DNA of 64,000 bases from an uncultured Gammaproteobacteria bacterium (lineage in GTDB: Bacteria; Pseudomonadota; Gammaproteobacteria; UBA4575), in NCBI GenBank assembly GCA_943789445.1, contig CALSUC010000002.1:12256-76255 (forward strand), written 5' to 3'. Of this stretch, positions 32,038 to 41,730 are shown piece after piece. The translations under genes were made by a program, and so were the position numbers. How positions within the stretch are numbered: the first letter of the stretch is position 1; every line of letters starts with the position of its first letter. The notes beneath the pieces are model-generated. The model saw only the letters and a program-made list of their open reading frames with translations, searched no databases and was not told the origin of the DNA.

Positions 32038-33443
32038 GTGCAGTTTCTCTGCGCGCACGCTTTCTGCATCGATGGTCTAGCCCGGCCGGTTATCGTGAGG
32101 TCTTGCAAATCGCCTTGCCAATGATTTTAAGCACTGGGGCTTGGGGCTTTTTATTGTTTTTTGATCGGATGTTCTTGGCCTGGTATTCGCCCGAGGCGGT
32201 GGCGGCTGCGATGCCAGCCGGTATGACTAGCTTTGCCTTGCTGGCTTTTTTTATCGGCATATCTGCCTTTGTGAATACCTTTGTTGCACAGTATTTTGGT
32301 GCTGATGAATACACTGAGATTGGCGCTATTATTTGGCAGGGTGTGTATCTCAGTCTGTTGTCCTTGCTACTTATTGTGCCTATGTATTTTCTCGCTGAAG
32401 CTTTATTTGCCGCCGCGGGACATGGGGCTGCGGTGCAAGAACTTGAGGTGATTTATTTCAAGACGCTGTTGTACTCAGCAGTGTTCCAAGTGATGAATAA
32501 TGCACTCTCTAGTTTCTTTTCTGGGACGGGGAGAACGCTAGTGTTGATGTGGGTCAGCCTGCTGATATTAGTGATTAATCTGGTCTTAGACTACGCCTTG
32601 ATATTCGGTCATTGGGGATTCCCTGAGTTGGGTATTCGTGGTGCAGCTATTGCGACTAATATTGGTATCATTGCCGGTTTTTTCACCTTCGTTTTTCTGA
32701 TCACTTCTAAGGTCAGCCGAGATAGGTTTCACACGCTTAAGCGCTGGCGCTTTGATGCCTCTTTGTTTCTTCGTCTGATTCGTTTTGGTCTGCCAAATGG
32801 CGTGCGTCTATTTATTGATATGTCTGCCTTTGCTGCTTTTTTATTATTGGTTGGGTTGCTCGGTACGCTTGAGTTAGTGGCGAGTAATATCGCATTTAAT
32901 ATTAATGCGCTGTCTTTCTTGCCGATGGTCGGCATGATGGTTGCGGTATCGGTATTAGTTGGTCAGCGCTTAGGTCAAGGTGAGCCAGAGCTGGCCGAGC
33001 GCTCAGTCTGGTCTGCTATTCATATATCATTTGTATTTTTTACGATTCTGGGTACAGCCTATATTTTAATACCCGAATTTTTTATTTGGCCTTTCACGCA
33101 ACAGGGAGGCTTGGATAGGCTCAATGGCAGCCATGAGCTGGTGGTTGTTCTGTTACGCTTTATTGCCTTCTTTGGACTCTTTGATGCGATGTTTTTGGTC
33201 TTGTTGGGTGCGCTAGAAGGGGCTGGAGATACGCGTTTTATTATGCGCAGTAGTTTTTTATTATCGTTTTTATTGTTGATTTTACCCTGTTACTTTTATG
33301 TTCAGAGTGGGGCCGCAACAGTGACTTTATTGTGGCTGATTATCACGCTAAATATTGTTGCTTACTGTGCGCTATATTACTGGCGCTTTCGTGCGGCTGG
33401 CTGGAAAAAGCTACGAGTGATTAACGATTCAAAAGAATCATGA
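32034..33443 (+). CDS. MATE family efflux transporter.
   Basis: 469 aa and 12 TM segments. It overlaps the M48 gene by 4 bp. Confidence 0.8.
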   Translation: MSAVSLRARFLHRWSSPAGYREVLQIALPMILSTGAWGFLLFFDRMFLAWYSPEAVAAAMPAGMTSFALLAFFIGISAFVNTFVAQYFGADEYTEIGAIIWQGVYLSLLSLLLIVPMYFLAEALFAAAGHGAAVQELEVIYFKTLLYSAVFQVMNNALSSFFSGTGRTLVLMWVSLLILVINLVLDYALIFGHWGFPELGIRGAAIATNIGIIAGFFTFVFLITSKVSRDRFHTLKRWRFDASLFLRLIRFGLPNGVRLFIDMSAFAAFLLLVGLLGTLELVASNIAFNINALSFLPMVGMMVAVSVLVGQRLGQGEPELAERSVWSAIHISFVFFTILGTAYILIPEFFIWPFTQQGGLDRLNGSHELVVVLLRFIAFFGLFDAMFLVLLGALEGAGDTRFIMRSSFLLSFLLLILPCYFYVQSGAATVTLLWLIITLNIVAYCALYYWRFRAAGWKKLRVINDSKES

Positions 33444-33472
33444 ATTACAGTGGCGAGTTATCAGCGCGGCTA

Positions 33473-34513
33473 TTAGTTGAGTATGAAGGGTCGCATGCGA
33501 CTGCTGAATGTTTTGACGTAACCTTTTTCTTCTCGCGTGATTAAGAGTACGGCCAGATCGTTTTCTTCGGCATAGGCATAAGCCTCTTGTGGCCCTAAGA
33601 CTAATAGTGCAGTAGCCCATGCATCGGCCACTGTAGTTGACTCATGTAGCACCGTGACCGAGGCCAAGTTATGTTGAACCGGGTAGCCTGTGCGAGGGTC
33701 GATCGTGTGTGAATAGCTCTGACCTTCATGCTCAAAGTAATTGCGATAGTCACCTGAAGTGGCAACGCCTAAATTATCTAGGCCGATGACAGCTTCCACG
33801 CTACGGCCTGCATGCATCGGTGTTTCTATACCTATACGCCAAGCAGCACCATGTTCGGCAATGCCCTTGGCCTTAATTTCCCCACCAATCTCGACCATGT
33901 AGTTTTTAACGCCAAAATTATCTAAGAGCATGGCCAGCTGGTCGACGCCATAGCCCTTGGCGATTGCCGATAAATCGACATAGACATTTTCTGCTGGCTT
34001 GAAAATACTAAGCGGTTGTTGTCGGGTTTGAATGCGATCCCAGCCCAAGGTCAGTCTTGCAATACGCACCTCAGTTGCACTAGGAAAGGCAAACCCTTCC
34101 AGCTTGGCACCAAAGCCCCATAAGTTTACTAGTGGCCCAACAGTGATATCAAAGGCACCCTTGCTGGCTTGGCTGACGCTGTAGGCACGATCTAAAACGT
34201 AGATCAGTTCGGCATCGGCAGCGAACCAACCACTATGGTCCTGCGCATTGAACAGGCTGAGTTGTGAGTCTGGGATATAGGTCGACATCAATTGGTTGAT
34301 CTCGGCGAGTCTTTGTTCTGCGGCTAGACGTACCGTTTTTATTTTTAGTGTGCTGGCCTGCCCATGCCACTGCATGGTGTAGCTGGTGCCCATGGTTTCA
34401 CCACTGACTTGTGGGCCATGGTTTTCTTTACCGCAGGCGCTGAGTAATAGCAGTAGGCCAAGTGCTGCAGTTAGCGCAAAGTGATTTCGAAATGAGGGCT
34501 TGCTAGGGGACAT
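33473..34513 (-). CDS. apbE: FAD:protein FMN transferase (ApbE family) lipoprotein.
   Basis: Lipobox LLSAC. Has the ApbE motifs GVATSGDYRNYFE and HTIDPRTGYP. Confidence 0.85.
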   Translation of the reverse strand: MSPSKPSFRNHFALTAALGLLLLLSACGKENHGPQVSGETMGTSYTMQWHGQASTLKIKTVRLAAEQRLAEINQLMSTYIPDSQLSLFNAQDHSGWFAADAELIYVLDRAYSVSQASKGAFDITVGPLVNLWGFGAKLEGFAFPSATEVRIARLTLGWDRIQTRQQPLSIFKPAENVYVDLSAIAKGYGVDQLAMLLDNFGVKNYMVEIGGEIKAKGIAEHGAAWRIGIETPMHAGRSVEAVIGLDNLGVATSGDYRNYFEHEGQSYSHTIDPRTGYPVQHNLASVTVLHESTTVADAWATALLVLGPQEAYAYAEENDLAVLLITREEKGYVKTFSSRMRPFILN

Positions 34514-34641
34514 CTTGTTTGGGCTCGGCGGTTAACACGTCGGAGCCAAAAGCATACAAGAGTTGGTCTGGATTTTATATCGTTTGGGGTTGTACCACAG
34601 GCCTAAGAGGGTCTGTGGTACGGATGTTGCTGTTGAGTGAC

Positions 34642-35190
34642 TTAGATTTTTCCGTCTAGGCCCATCTGATAGTACTTGTGCGTGATCTTTTCTTGGTTCT
34701 CAAGTAACCAGTCGATATCCGGCTCATTGTTCATGGCCTTGTGGATCGCGTTAGACATTGCTTTGCGATGAATGTCGAATAAGACCTTGTGATCTAGGTC
34801 ATCGGCTGTGGCAACCATTGGGTTTAACCAAACCGAAACGATAATACCTAGGTCGTTGGCTTTTTCTTTTGGAATGTCACCAGCACGTACAGCATCTAAT
34901 ACACCGTTTGCGATTGCGGCTTGCACAGTACCCATGAGGATATTGGTGTAACGCTCATCTTTAACCGTGACCTTGGAGACCATCAAGGTTGCAGGACGCA
35001 CTTGGATGTCGGTATTCAGGATAGCCAATACGCGGCTATGCCCCTTAACTTGATCGCCAAGTAGGGTAGCAAAAGCAGTTCCAACTGGACCGTCTAGCTC
35101 ACCGATAATAACTTCTGGCTCAGCCGCGGTGCCTGCAGGGCCTCCAGCAACTAGAGATTCACCGACTCGCATTACAATTCTTTCTGACAT
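34642..35190 (-). CDS. fae: Formaldehyde-activating enzyme (Fae) family protein.
   Basis: Recalled Fae features are conserved: V/MRVGESLVAGG, IIGE.DGP..TAF, HSRVLAILNTDIQVRPATLMVSKVTVKDERY, IPKEKANDLGIIVSVW. Confidence 0.7.
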   Translation of the reverse strand: MSERIVMRVGESLVAGGPAGTAAEPEVIIGELDGPVGTAFATLLGDQVKGHSRVLAILNTDIQVRPATLMVSKVTVKDERYTNILMGTVQAAIANGVLDAVRAGDIPKEKANDLGIIVSVWLNPMVATADDLDHKVLFDIHRKAMSNAIHKAMNNEPDIDWLLENQEKITHKYYQMGLDGKI

Positions 35191-35374
35191 GATGATATTT
35201 CTCCTGATCAGTCTTGGGTAATATAAAACATAGGGGGGTAACTTTGGCGGCTATTCTACATGATCAGCTTGCCAGAACAATTTAAGGCGACACATTTATA
35301 TGGCAATTTTGAGCCACTATTTAATGTAATAATGGGTAGAGCATCTGTAGCCGTGATTTCATCGATAGTTAAGA

Positions 35375-35872
35375 ATGACTAAAATATTAAGTATCTTCAG
35401 ACACGCTGAGGCGAAGTATAATCCTCGCTGTAGTGACCATCTGCGCCCCTTAAGCCTCAACGGCGTGGCCGATGCTGGGCGTATGGCGAAGCATTTAACT
35501 GGCATGGTGGCGCCGATTGATAGGGTTTTTTGTAGCGATGCAGGGCGTACGCTGGAGACCTGGCAGATCTTGAATCAGACGCTATCGGTTAGTGCTGAAC
35601 ACATTATTTTTGATCCCAGTCTGTATCTTGCAAATTCGGCTGACCTGATTGCGCGCGTTGAGACCCTATCTAATGAGTGGCAGCACGTTGCCCTAGTTGG
35701 ACATAATCCGGGATTAACCAGCCTGTGTAATTTTTATACTGGCGATGCGCTCTGTGATTTGCCGACTGGCAGCCACTATTGTGTCGGTTTTGAAGTCGAT
35801 GATTGGCGCGCTACCAGCCGTTTGATGGGTGTATTACTGAATTTTACCGTACCGCAGCAACTCAAGCCTTAA
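35375..35872 (+). CDS. SixA-type phosphohistidine phosphatase (histidine phosphatase superfamily).
   Basis: N-terminal RHAEA motif and a ~160-aa single domain. Confidence 0.65.
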   Translation: MTKILSIFRHAEAKYNPRCSDHLRPLSLNGVADAGRMAKHLTGMVAPIDRVFCSDAGRTLETWQILNQTLSVSAEHIIFDPSLYLANSADLIARVETLSNEWQHVALVGHNPGLTSLCNFYTGDALCDLPTGSHYCVGFEVDDWRATSRLMGVLLNFTVPQQLKP

Positions 35873-35909
35873 ATCAGCGAAATGCTTGAGTTGTTGCGAT
35901 GTGGAGCGG

Positions 35910-36653
35910 TTACCAGTAATTTTCGGTGCTGATGCTACCTGGGGTACGTCTCAGGTTTTTGGTCAAGCCACGCTCTTGTAGCAGTTCACGCGTATCTTTC
36001 ACCATGTCTGGATTACCGCAGAGCATAATCTGCGACTTGCCTTCTTCGACCTTAATTCCAGCACGTTTTTCTAGTGAACCATTCTTAAATCCAGCTGGGA
36101 TACGTCCCGGTAGGCTGAAGTCGGTCTTTTCACGGCTGACGAAGGGGACATAGCAGAATTGATCAGGGTGTTTTGCACTGAGCTCATCAATCAGCTCGCG
36201 ATAAGCCAGTTCAGCGGCATTTCTTACAGCATGCACCAACACCAGTTTGTTGAAGCGTGTCCAAGCTTGATCGGTTTTTAGGATCGACAAGAACGGTCCA
36301 ATGCCGGTGCCGGTAGACAACATCCAAAGGTCTTCGCTTTCAGGGATTTCATCTAGGATCAGGAAACCATTCGGTTTTTTACCGAGGTAGACGTGATCAC
36401 CGGCCTTAAGCTCGGCCAGTCGCGGGGATAGGGCGCCTTCTGCGACATTGATGGAATAAAATTCATGGAAGCCCTCATCTGGTGCGCTGACGAAGGAATA
36501 GGGGCGGCCGATGATTTCATCATCAATTTCTAAGCCTAAACGTCCAAATTGGCCGGCCTTATAAGGCTGTACATCACCTTCTACACGTAGGCTGTAGAGA
36601 GTATCGGTCCAGTGGATATTCTCGATTACCTTGCCATCAATCCAATTCGACAT
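35910..36653 (-). CDS. fpr: Ferredoxin--NADP(+) reductase.
   Basis: Strongly collinear with E. coli Fpr (W.DGKV..I..WTD.L.SL..., RPYSF, LSPRLA.LK.GD, WMLSTGTGIGP). Confidence 0.85.
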   Translation of the reverse strand: MSNWIDGKVIENIHWTDTLYSLRVEGDVQPYKAGQFGRLGLEIDDEIIGRPYSFVSAPDEGFHEFYSINVAEGALSPRLAELKAGDHVYLGKKPNGFLILDEIPESEDLWMLSTGTGIGPFLSILKTDQAWTRFNKLVLVHAVRNAAELAYRELIDELSAKHPDQFCYVPFVSREKTDFSLPGRIPAGFKNGSLEKRAGIKVEEGKSQIMLCGNPDMVKDTRELLQERGLTKNLRRTPGSISTENYW

Positions 36654-37023
36654 ATTTGTTCTACCTTAGAGTGTCTCTTTTCAGCGCGTATCTTAACTAA
36701 GCCGAAGTGATTTTTGAACAATTCCCATGGGGTAGGCAGTTCATGTGCAAAACAAATACATTATGAGGGTAATTATTAAGAATGATTTCTAGTTGATGTT
36801 GTATATCGACTGGCACACATTTAGACGCCTATCTCGGAGTGTTCTATCACTTGTGATTCCGCTGAGTCGCTATCAAAATGGCTCGTGCTATGACAAAATG
36901 CGCAGGAATTTCGGTACAGCTTTACCCGCTGCGCCCTATCAGCAGAATTTATTGGCGCGTCGAGTTTCGACGGCAATAATTATAAGGCCCGCTCATTGTA
37001 AGCAGGGCTAACTTAACAACGAA
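36654..37023 (+). promoter_or_regulatory. A ~370-nt structured leader/promoter region upstream of the molybdoenzyme operon. It is a candidate cis-regulatory RNA (for example a Moco-type riboswitch), which I have not verified.
   Basis: The intergenic region is unusually long and has several perfect short hairpins (cgtcga/tcgacg, gcgcag..ctgcgc, ggcccgct..agcagggc). There is no convincing SD at the ATG. Confidence 0.25.
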
Positions 37024-39999
37024 ATGAAAGAGACAGCTATGGCCTCAACTTTTAAGGGACTACCAATCGCCCTCAACCTGCCGCAGTTCGAAAACCACGA
37101 GAAGCAAGAAGGAAAGTACACCACCTGTTATATGTGTGCTTGTCGCTGTGGTATCAAAGTAACTGTCGAAGATAACGAAGTACGATTTATCCAGGGTAAC
37201 AAGAACCATCCAGTGAATAAGGGTGTGCTCTGTGCCAAGGGTAATGCAGGCATTATGAAGCAAAAATCGCCGGCTAAATTACAGCAGCCGATGATGCGTA
37301 AGAAAGGCAGCGAGCGTGGTACCGGTGAGTTTGAGCCAGTATCATGGGATGTCGCGCTAGATTATTTATCAGAGCGTTTAGAAAAGATCCGTAATACTGA
37401 TCCTAAGAAGCTTGCATTCTTTACTGGTCGTGACCAGATGCAGGCTTTAAGTGGTCTTTGGGCACAACAGTACGGCACCATTAACTGGGCGGCCCATGGT
37501 GGTTTCTGTTCAGTCAATATGGCGGCAGCAGGACTCTACTCGATTGGTCATGCATTCTGGGAATTTGGTGATCCTGATTGGGATAACACTAAGTACTTCA
37601 TGCTTTGGGGCGTGGCCGAAGATCATGCATCCAATCCAATTAAAATTGGTTTAGAAAAGATTAAGCGCCGTGGCGCTAAGTTTGTCTCGATTAACCCAGT
37701 ACGTACGGGTTATCAGGCGATTGCCGATGAATGGGTGCCTATTAAGCCGGGTACTGATGCGATTCTCGCGCTGTCGATGATTCACGTTTTGATGAAGAAT
37801 GATTTATTCGATTGGGAATATTTGGTTCGATACACCAATTCACCTTACTTGGTTTACAACACACCAGGCGAAAGCACCGATGGTTTGATCTGTCGCGATG
37901 CTGAAGGCAATCCACAGTCTTGGGATCTTGAGAAAGAAGCCCTAGTGGATGGTAGTCTGCCTGAGATTAAGCCTGCTCTATTTGGTGAATACACTTCAGC
38001 CGACGGTAAGGCGCTGAAGACAGTATTTACACTATTAGCAGAACGCTACTTAGATGATCAGTACTCACCAGCAGAAGCCAGCAAAGTATGTGGTGTTGCA
38101 GCTGATGACATCGAACGCATGGCCTTAGAAATGGCGCATGTTGCGTTTGAAGAGACGATTGAGATTAATTGTGAATGGACTGACTGGGCCGGTCGTAAGC
38201 ACGACAAGTTCATTGGTCGTCCTGTGTCTATGCACGCGATGCGTGGTATTTCAGCGCATTCCAACGGCTTCCAAGCCTGTCGTGCGATTCACTTATTACA
38301 AATTATGTTGGGTTCAGTGGATGTTCCAGGTGGTCACTTGGCCAAGCCTCCATTCCCGAAACATATTGTGCCACCGATCAAGCCGGCCAAGCCGACTTCG
38401 CCGGGGCAGCCGCTTAACTCACCACCTTTAGGTTTCCCAACCTGTCCTGAAGATTTGGTTATCGATGATGATGGTAAGCCATTGCGAATCGATAAGGCCT
38501 ATTCATGGGATGCACCGATTGCTAATCATGGCTTGATGCATATGGTGATTACCAATGCGGTCAAAGGCGATCCCTACCCGATTGATACCCTGATCATCTT
38601 TATGGCGAACATGAGTTGGAACTCAACCATGAACACCAGCTCAGTGCGCGATATGCTGACCGAGAAAGATGAGAGCGGTGAAAAAGATGAGAATGGCGAC
38701 TATAAATACAAGCTACCGTTCTTAGTCGTAGCCGATGCCTTCCATTCTGAAATGACAGCCTTTGCTGACTTGATCCTTCCAGATACAACGTACTTAGAGC
38801 GATACGATACGATTTCGATTCTCGATCGTCCGATCTCTGAGCCTCACGCTGTCTGTGATGCGATTCGTGCGCCAGTGATTGAGCCTGATCGTGATGTACG
38901 ACCATGGCAGGAAGTGTTGGTTGATTTAGCGACTCGTCTGAAGTTCCCAGCCTTTACGAAGGAAGATGGTAGCCCGAAATATGAAGGCTATAACGATTTC
39001 GTTATTAATTATGAGAAGGCACCAGGTCTTGGCTTCCTCGCCGGTTGGCGTGGTGAAGACGGTAGCAAATCATTGCGTGGTGAGCCGAATCAAAACCAAT
39101 GGCAAGACTATATCGATAACGAATGTTTCTTTGAGCATAAGTTACCGAAGGAGCATCACTACTACCGCTTCGCTAATAAAGGGTATTTAGAGTTTGCCAA
39201 AGAGTCTGGCTTTATTGGTTCATCTAAGCCGATTATTATGGAGCTGTACTCTGAGTCCTTGCAGAAGTTCCGTCTTGCAGGTCAGGGTTTATATGATGGT
39301 CCTCAACCAAAGAATGATTACGATAAGCATCGCATGGTGACTTATTTTGATCCGCTACCGGATTACTATGAGCCGTTAGAGCAGCAAGCGACTTCATCGA
39401 CTGAATATCCGTTCTTTGCGATTACCCAGCGTCCAATGATGATGTATCACTCATGGGATTCGCAGAATGCCTGGTTACGTCAGATTTTGGCTCAAAACTA
39501 TATGTACATGAACCGCCAGAAAGCGGAAGAAATGGGTATTGTTGATCTGTCATGGATTTGGGTTGAGTCTGAAAATGGCAAGATCCGCGTTCAAGTAAAA
39601 TTGATGGAAGGTGTTGAGAGCAACACCATCTGGACGTGGAATGCGATTGGTAAACAACGAGGTGCTTGGGGATTAGATCCTACGGCGAACGAATCGAATG
39701 ATGGCTTCTTGCTGAATCATTTGATCAGTGAGCATCTACCGTCTAAGTCGGCCGATCGCGCAGTGACTAACTCTGATCCAATTACGGGGCAAGCAGCTTG
39801 GTATGATTTGCAAGTGAAGATCTATCCAGCGGCAGCAGGCGAAACAGGTACATGGCCTACTTTCGATACGATTAAGCCGATGCCAGGTGCAGAAAAGCCG
39901 GTGTCTAAGCTTCAATATCAAACACATAAAGCAGTTGGACTGCATCGTTCGATGCGCGACATTCTGACTCGCGGCAAGACTAAAAGGGATGATTCATGA
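37024..39999 (+). CDS. soeA: DMSO reductase-family (CISM) molybdopterin oxidoreductase catalytic subunit with no Tat signal. It is a candidate SoeA (cytoplasmic sulfite dehydrogenase large subunit).
   Basis: 991 aa. An N-terminal C-x2-C-x3-C-x27-C [4Fe-4S] motif (CYMCACRC...GVLCAKG) is present. There is no RR motif and no possible N-terminal extension, because an in-frame TAA sits 9 nt upstream. It is followed by an FeS subunit and a DmsC-type anchor, which is the architecture of SoeABC. Confidence 0.5.
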   Translation: MKETAMASTFKGLPIALNLPQFENHEKQEGKYTTCYMCACRCGIKVTVEDNEVRFIQGNKNHPVNKGVLCAKGNAGIMKQKSPAKLQQPMMRKKGSERGTGEFEPVSWDVALDYLSERLEKIRNTDPKKLAFFTGRDQMQALSGLWAQQYGTINWAAHGGFCSVNMAAAGLYSIGHAFWEFGDPDWDNTKYFMLWGVAEDHASNPIKIGLEKIKRRGAKFVSINPVRTGYQAIADEWVPIKPGTDAILALSMIHVLMKNDLFDWEYLVRYTNSPYLVYNTPGESTDGLICRDAEGNPQSWDLEKEALVDGSLPEIKPALFGEYTSADGKALKTVFTLLAERYLDDQYSPAEASKVCGVAADDIERMALEMAHVAFEETIEINCEWTDWAGRKHDKFIGRPVSMHAMRGISAHSNGFQACRAIHLLQIMLGSVDVPGGHLAKPPFPKHIVPPIKPAKPTSPGQPLNSPPLGFPTCPEDLVIDDDGKPLRIDKAYSWDAPIANHGLMHMVITNAVKGDPYPIDTLIIFMANMSWNSTMNTSSVRDMLTEKDESGEKDENGDYKYKLPFLVVADAFHSEMTAFADLILPDTTYLERYDTISILDRPISEPHAVCDAIRAPVIEPDRDVRPWQEVLVDLATRLKFPAFTKEDGSPKYEGYNDFVINYEKAPGLGFLAGWRGEDGSKSLRGEPNQNQWQDYIDNECFFEHKLPKEHHYYRFANKGYLEFAKESGFIGSSKPIIMELYSESLQKFRLAGQGLYDGPQPKNDYDKHRMVTYFDPLPDYYEPLEQQATSSTEYPFFAITQRPMMMYHSWDSQNAWLRQILAQNYMYMNRQKAEEMGIVDLSWIWVESENGKIRVQVKLMEGVESNTIWTWNAIGKQRGAWGLDPTANESNDGFLLNHLISEHLPSKSADRAVTNSDPITGQAAWYDLQVKIYPAAAGETGTWPTFDTIKPMPGAEKPVSKLQYQTHKAVGLHRSMRDILTRGKTKRDDS

Positions 40000-40688
40000 A
40001 ATTAGGATTAGTTGTCGATCTAGACACTTGTGTCGGCTGTAATGCCTGTGCAGTTGCGTGTAAGCAGTGGAATACTTCGGGTACCACTGGGCCGTTAACT
40101 GATTTGGAACCTTACGGCAAAGACCCAACGGGTGTTTGGTTTAACCGTATTCGTAACTATGAGCTGGGCGACTACCCAGATAACAAGACTGTGCATTTCC
40201 CAATGTCTTGTATGCATTGCGAAGATGCGGCTTGTGTCACGGTATGTCCTACAGGCGCTTCTTATAAGCGTGAAGAAGACGGTATCGTTTTAGTCGATCA
40301 AGATAAATGTATGGGTTGTAACCTCTGTGCATGGGCCTGTCCTTATGGCGCACGTGAGCTTGATCCTGAAGAAGGCGTGATGAAGAAGTGCACCCTTTGT
40401 GTCGATCGAATTTATGACGAAGCCTTGCCAGAAGATGAGCGTCAACCAGCCTGTGTTATGACCTGTCCTGCACATGCACGATTCTTTGGTGACTTTGATG
40501 ATCCAAACTCAGAAGTTTCTAGACTCTCTCGTGAGCGTGGTGGTGAACATTTAATGCCAGAGCTTGGTTACAAGCCGGTGAATACTTATCTACCACCGCG
40601 TAATAAGCCAAATATTCCAACTTACAAAAACGAAACTAATCCAATTGAAAAAGTGAAAGATTGGGTTAACCGTTTAGTTGCACGATAA
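39996..40688 (+). CDS. soeB: Four-cluster 4Fe-4S ferredoxin-type subunit (DmsB-like) with no Tat signal. Candidate SoeB.
   Basis: Has CxxCxxCxxxC groups (CVGCNAC, CMHCEDAAC, CMGCNLCAWAC, CTLC..). It overlaps the catalytic-subunit gene by 4 bp. Confidence 0.5.
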   Translation: MKLGLVVDLDTCVGCNACAVACKQWNTSGTTGPLTDLEPYGKDPTGVWFNRIRNYELGDYPDNKTVHFPMSCMHCEDAACVTVCPTGASYKREEDGIVLVDQDKCMGCNLCAWACPYGARELDPEEGVMKKCTLCVDRIYDEALPEDERQPACVMTCPAHARFFGDFDDPNSEVSRLSRERGGEHLMPELGYKPVNTYLPPRNKPNIPTYKNETNPIEKVKDWVNRLVAR

Positions 40689-40700
40689 AAAGGAATCCAG

Positions 40701-41645
40701 ATGCATCCAGCATTCTCAGTTATATTTTTTACGGTCACCTCAGGTGCCGGCTATGGTTTGATCGCAATCACTGCAATCTACAGTGCTTTTGATTTCTCCC
40801 AGCCTATGACAGGTGCGCAAACATTGATGTTATCAGCGGTTGCCTTAGCCTTGATTACCAGCGGCCTGATTTCTTCTACTTTTCACTTGGCGAATCCAAA
40901 GAATGCATGGCGTGCGTTTAGTCGTGTGCGTACTTCGTGGTTGGCGCGTGAGGGTTTATTAGCGATCTTGTTCTACCCAATCGTTATGCTTTATGTCTAC
41001 TTAGTGTGGCGTGGTGTTGATGCAAGTTCCTCAACAGCGATGACCACCTTGGCATTGATTACCGGTGTATGGGCGATTGTAACGGTGTTCTCAACGGGCA
41101 TGATTTACGCTTCATTGAAGACGATTCGACAATGGAATAATGCATTGACCCCAGTGAACTACATCAGCCTAGGCTTAATGTTAGGCGGCTTGTTGTTCTC
41201 ATGGTTGTTGTCTTTGTCTGGCAATGTGTCGGCTAACCTGACTATGGTTGCAAGCTACATGGTTGTGATCGCAGCGACGATTAAGATCGTTTATTTCTTT
41301 TGGATCGGAACGCCAGCAGGCCCAACTATTAATACGGCAACCTCGTTTACTGCACGGACAGTAAGGTTGTTAGATGTAGGTCATACCGCAGGCACCTTCT
41401 TAACCGATGAGTTTGGTTATCAAGTTGCGCGTGATCGCCTCGTTGCATTACGTTGGATTGCGATAATCTTAGGCTTTGTGCTGCCATCATTGATCATTTG
41501 GTTCGGTCTGGGTGAGGGCGACAATACCTTAATGCTAGGTGCTGCTGTGATTAGCGCCTTTGCTGGTGTTGCGGTTGAGCGGTGGTTGTTCTTTGCCGAA
41601 GCTCGCCATGTGGTGAATCTATACCACGGTGCGCAACAGTGCTAA
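40701..41645 (+). CDS. soeC: DmsC/NrfD-type integral membrane quinone-interacting anchor subunit. Candidate SoeC.
   Basis: 314 aa with ~8 TM helices. The N-terminal FFTV..GAG..IAI resembles DmsC. Confidence 0.5.
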   Translation: MHPAFSVIFFTVTSGAGYGLIAITAIYSAFDFSQPMTGAQTLMLSAVALALITSGLISSTFHLANPKNAWRAFSRVRTSWLAREGLLAILFYPIVMLYVYLVWRGVDASSSTAMTTLALITGVWAIVTVFSTGMIYASLKTIRQWNNALTPVNYISLGLMLGGLLFSWLLSLSGNVSANLTMVASYMVVIAATIKIVYFFWIGTPAGPTINTATSFTARTVRLLDVGHTAGTFLTDEFGYQVARDRLVALRWIAIILGFVLPSLIIWFGLGEGDNTLMLGAAVISAFAGVAVERWLFFAEARHVVNLYHGAQQC

Positions 41646-41675
41646 CAAGGCGGTAATCAATCCTTGTTAGAACCT

Positions 41676-41706
41676 AAAAGGCGAGTCAATGACTCGCCTT
41701 TTTTGT
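41676..41706. terminator. Bidirectional rho-independent terminator shared by the molybdoenzyme operon (+) and the Rieske gene (-).
   Basis: 'aaaaggcgagtcaatgactcgccttttttg': a stem ggcgagtc/gactcgcc flanked by an A-run and a T-run. Confidence 0.8.
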
Positions 41707-41730
41707 GTCCATCTACTTTTTATCTGGGTG

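Noticed and set aside
34593-34621. A perfect 9-bp inverted repeat (gtaccacag...ctgtggtac) downstream of fae, considered as a terminator.
   Set aside because: No U-run follows on the transcribed (minus) strand. It is kept only as a possible RNA-stability or binding element and is mentioned under the Fae finding.
36793-37011. A 72-aa ORF in the leader upstream of the molybdoenzyme gene.
   Set aside because: It has no RBS and a low-complexity product. It lies in what looks like a structured untranslated leader.
37060-39945. Small ORFs in alternative frames or strands within the molybdoenzyme catalytic-subunit gene (37060.., 37451.., 38058.., 38138.., 38600.., 38966.., 39736..).
   Set aside because: They are embedded in a 991-aa CDS with clear family motifs, so they are spurious.
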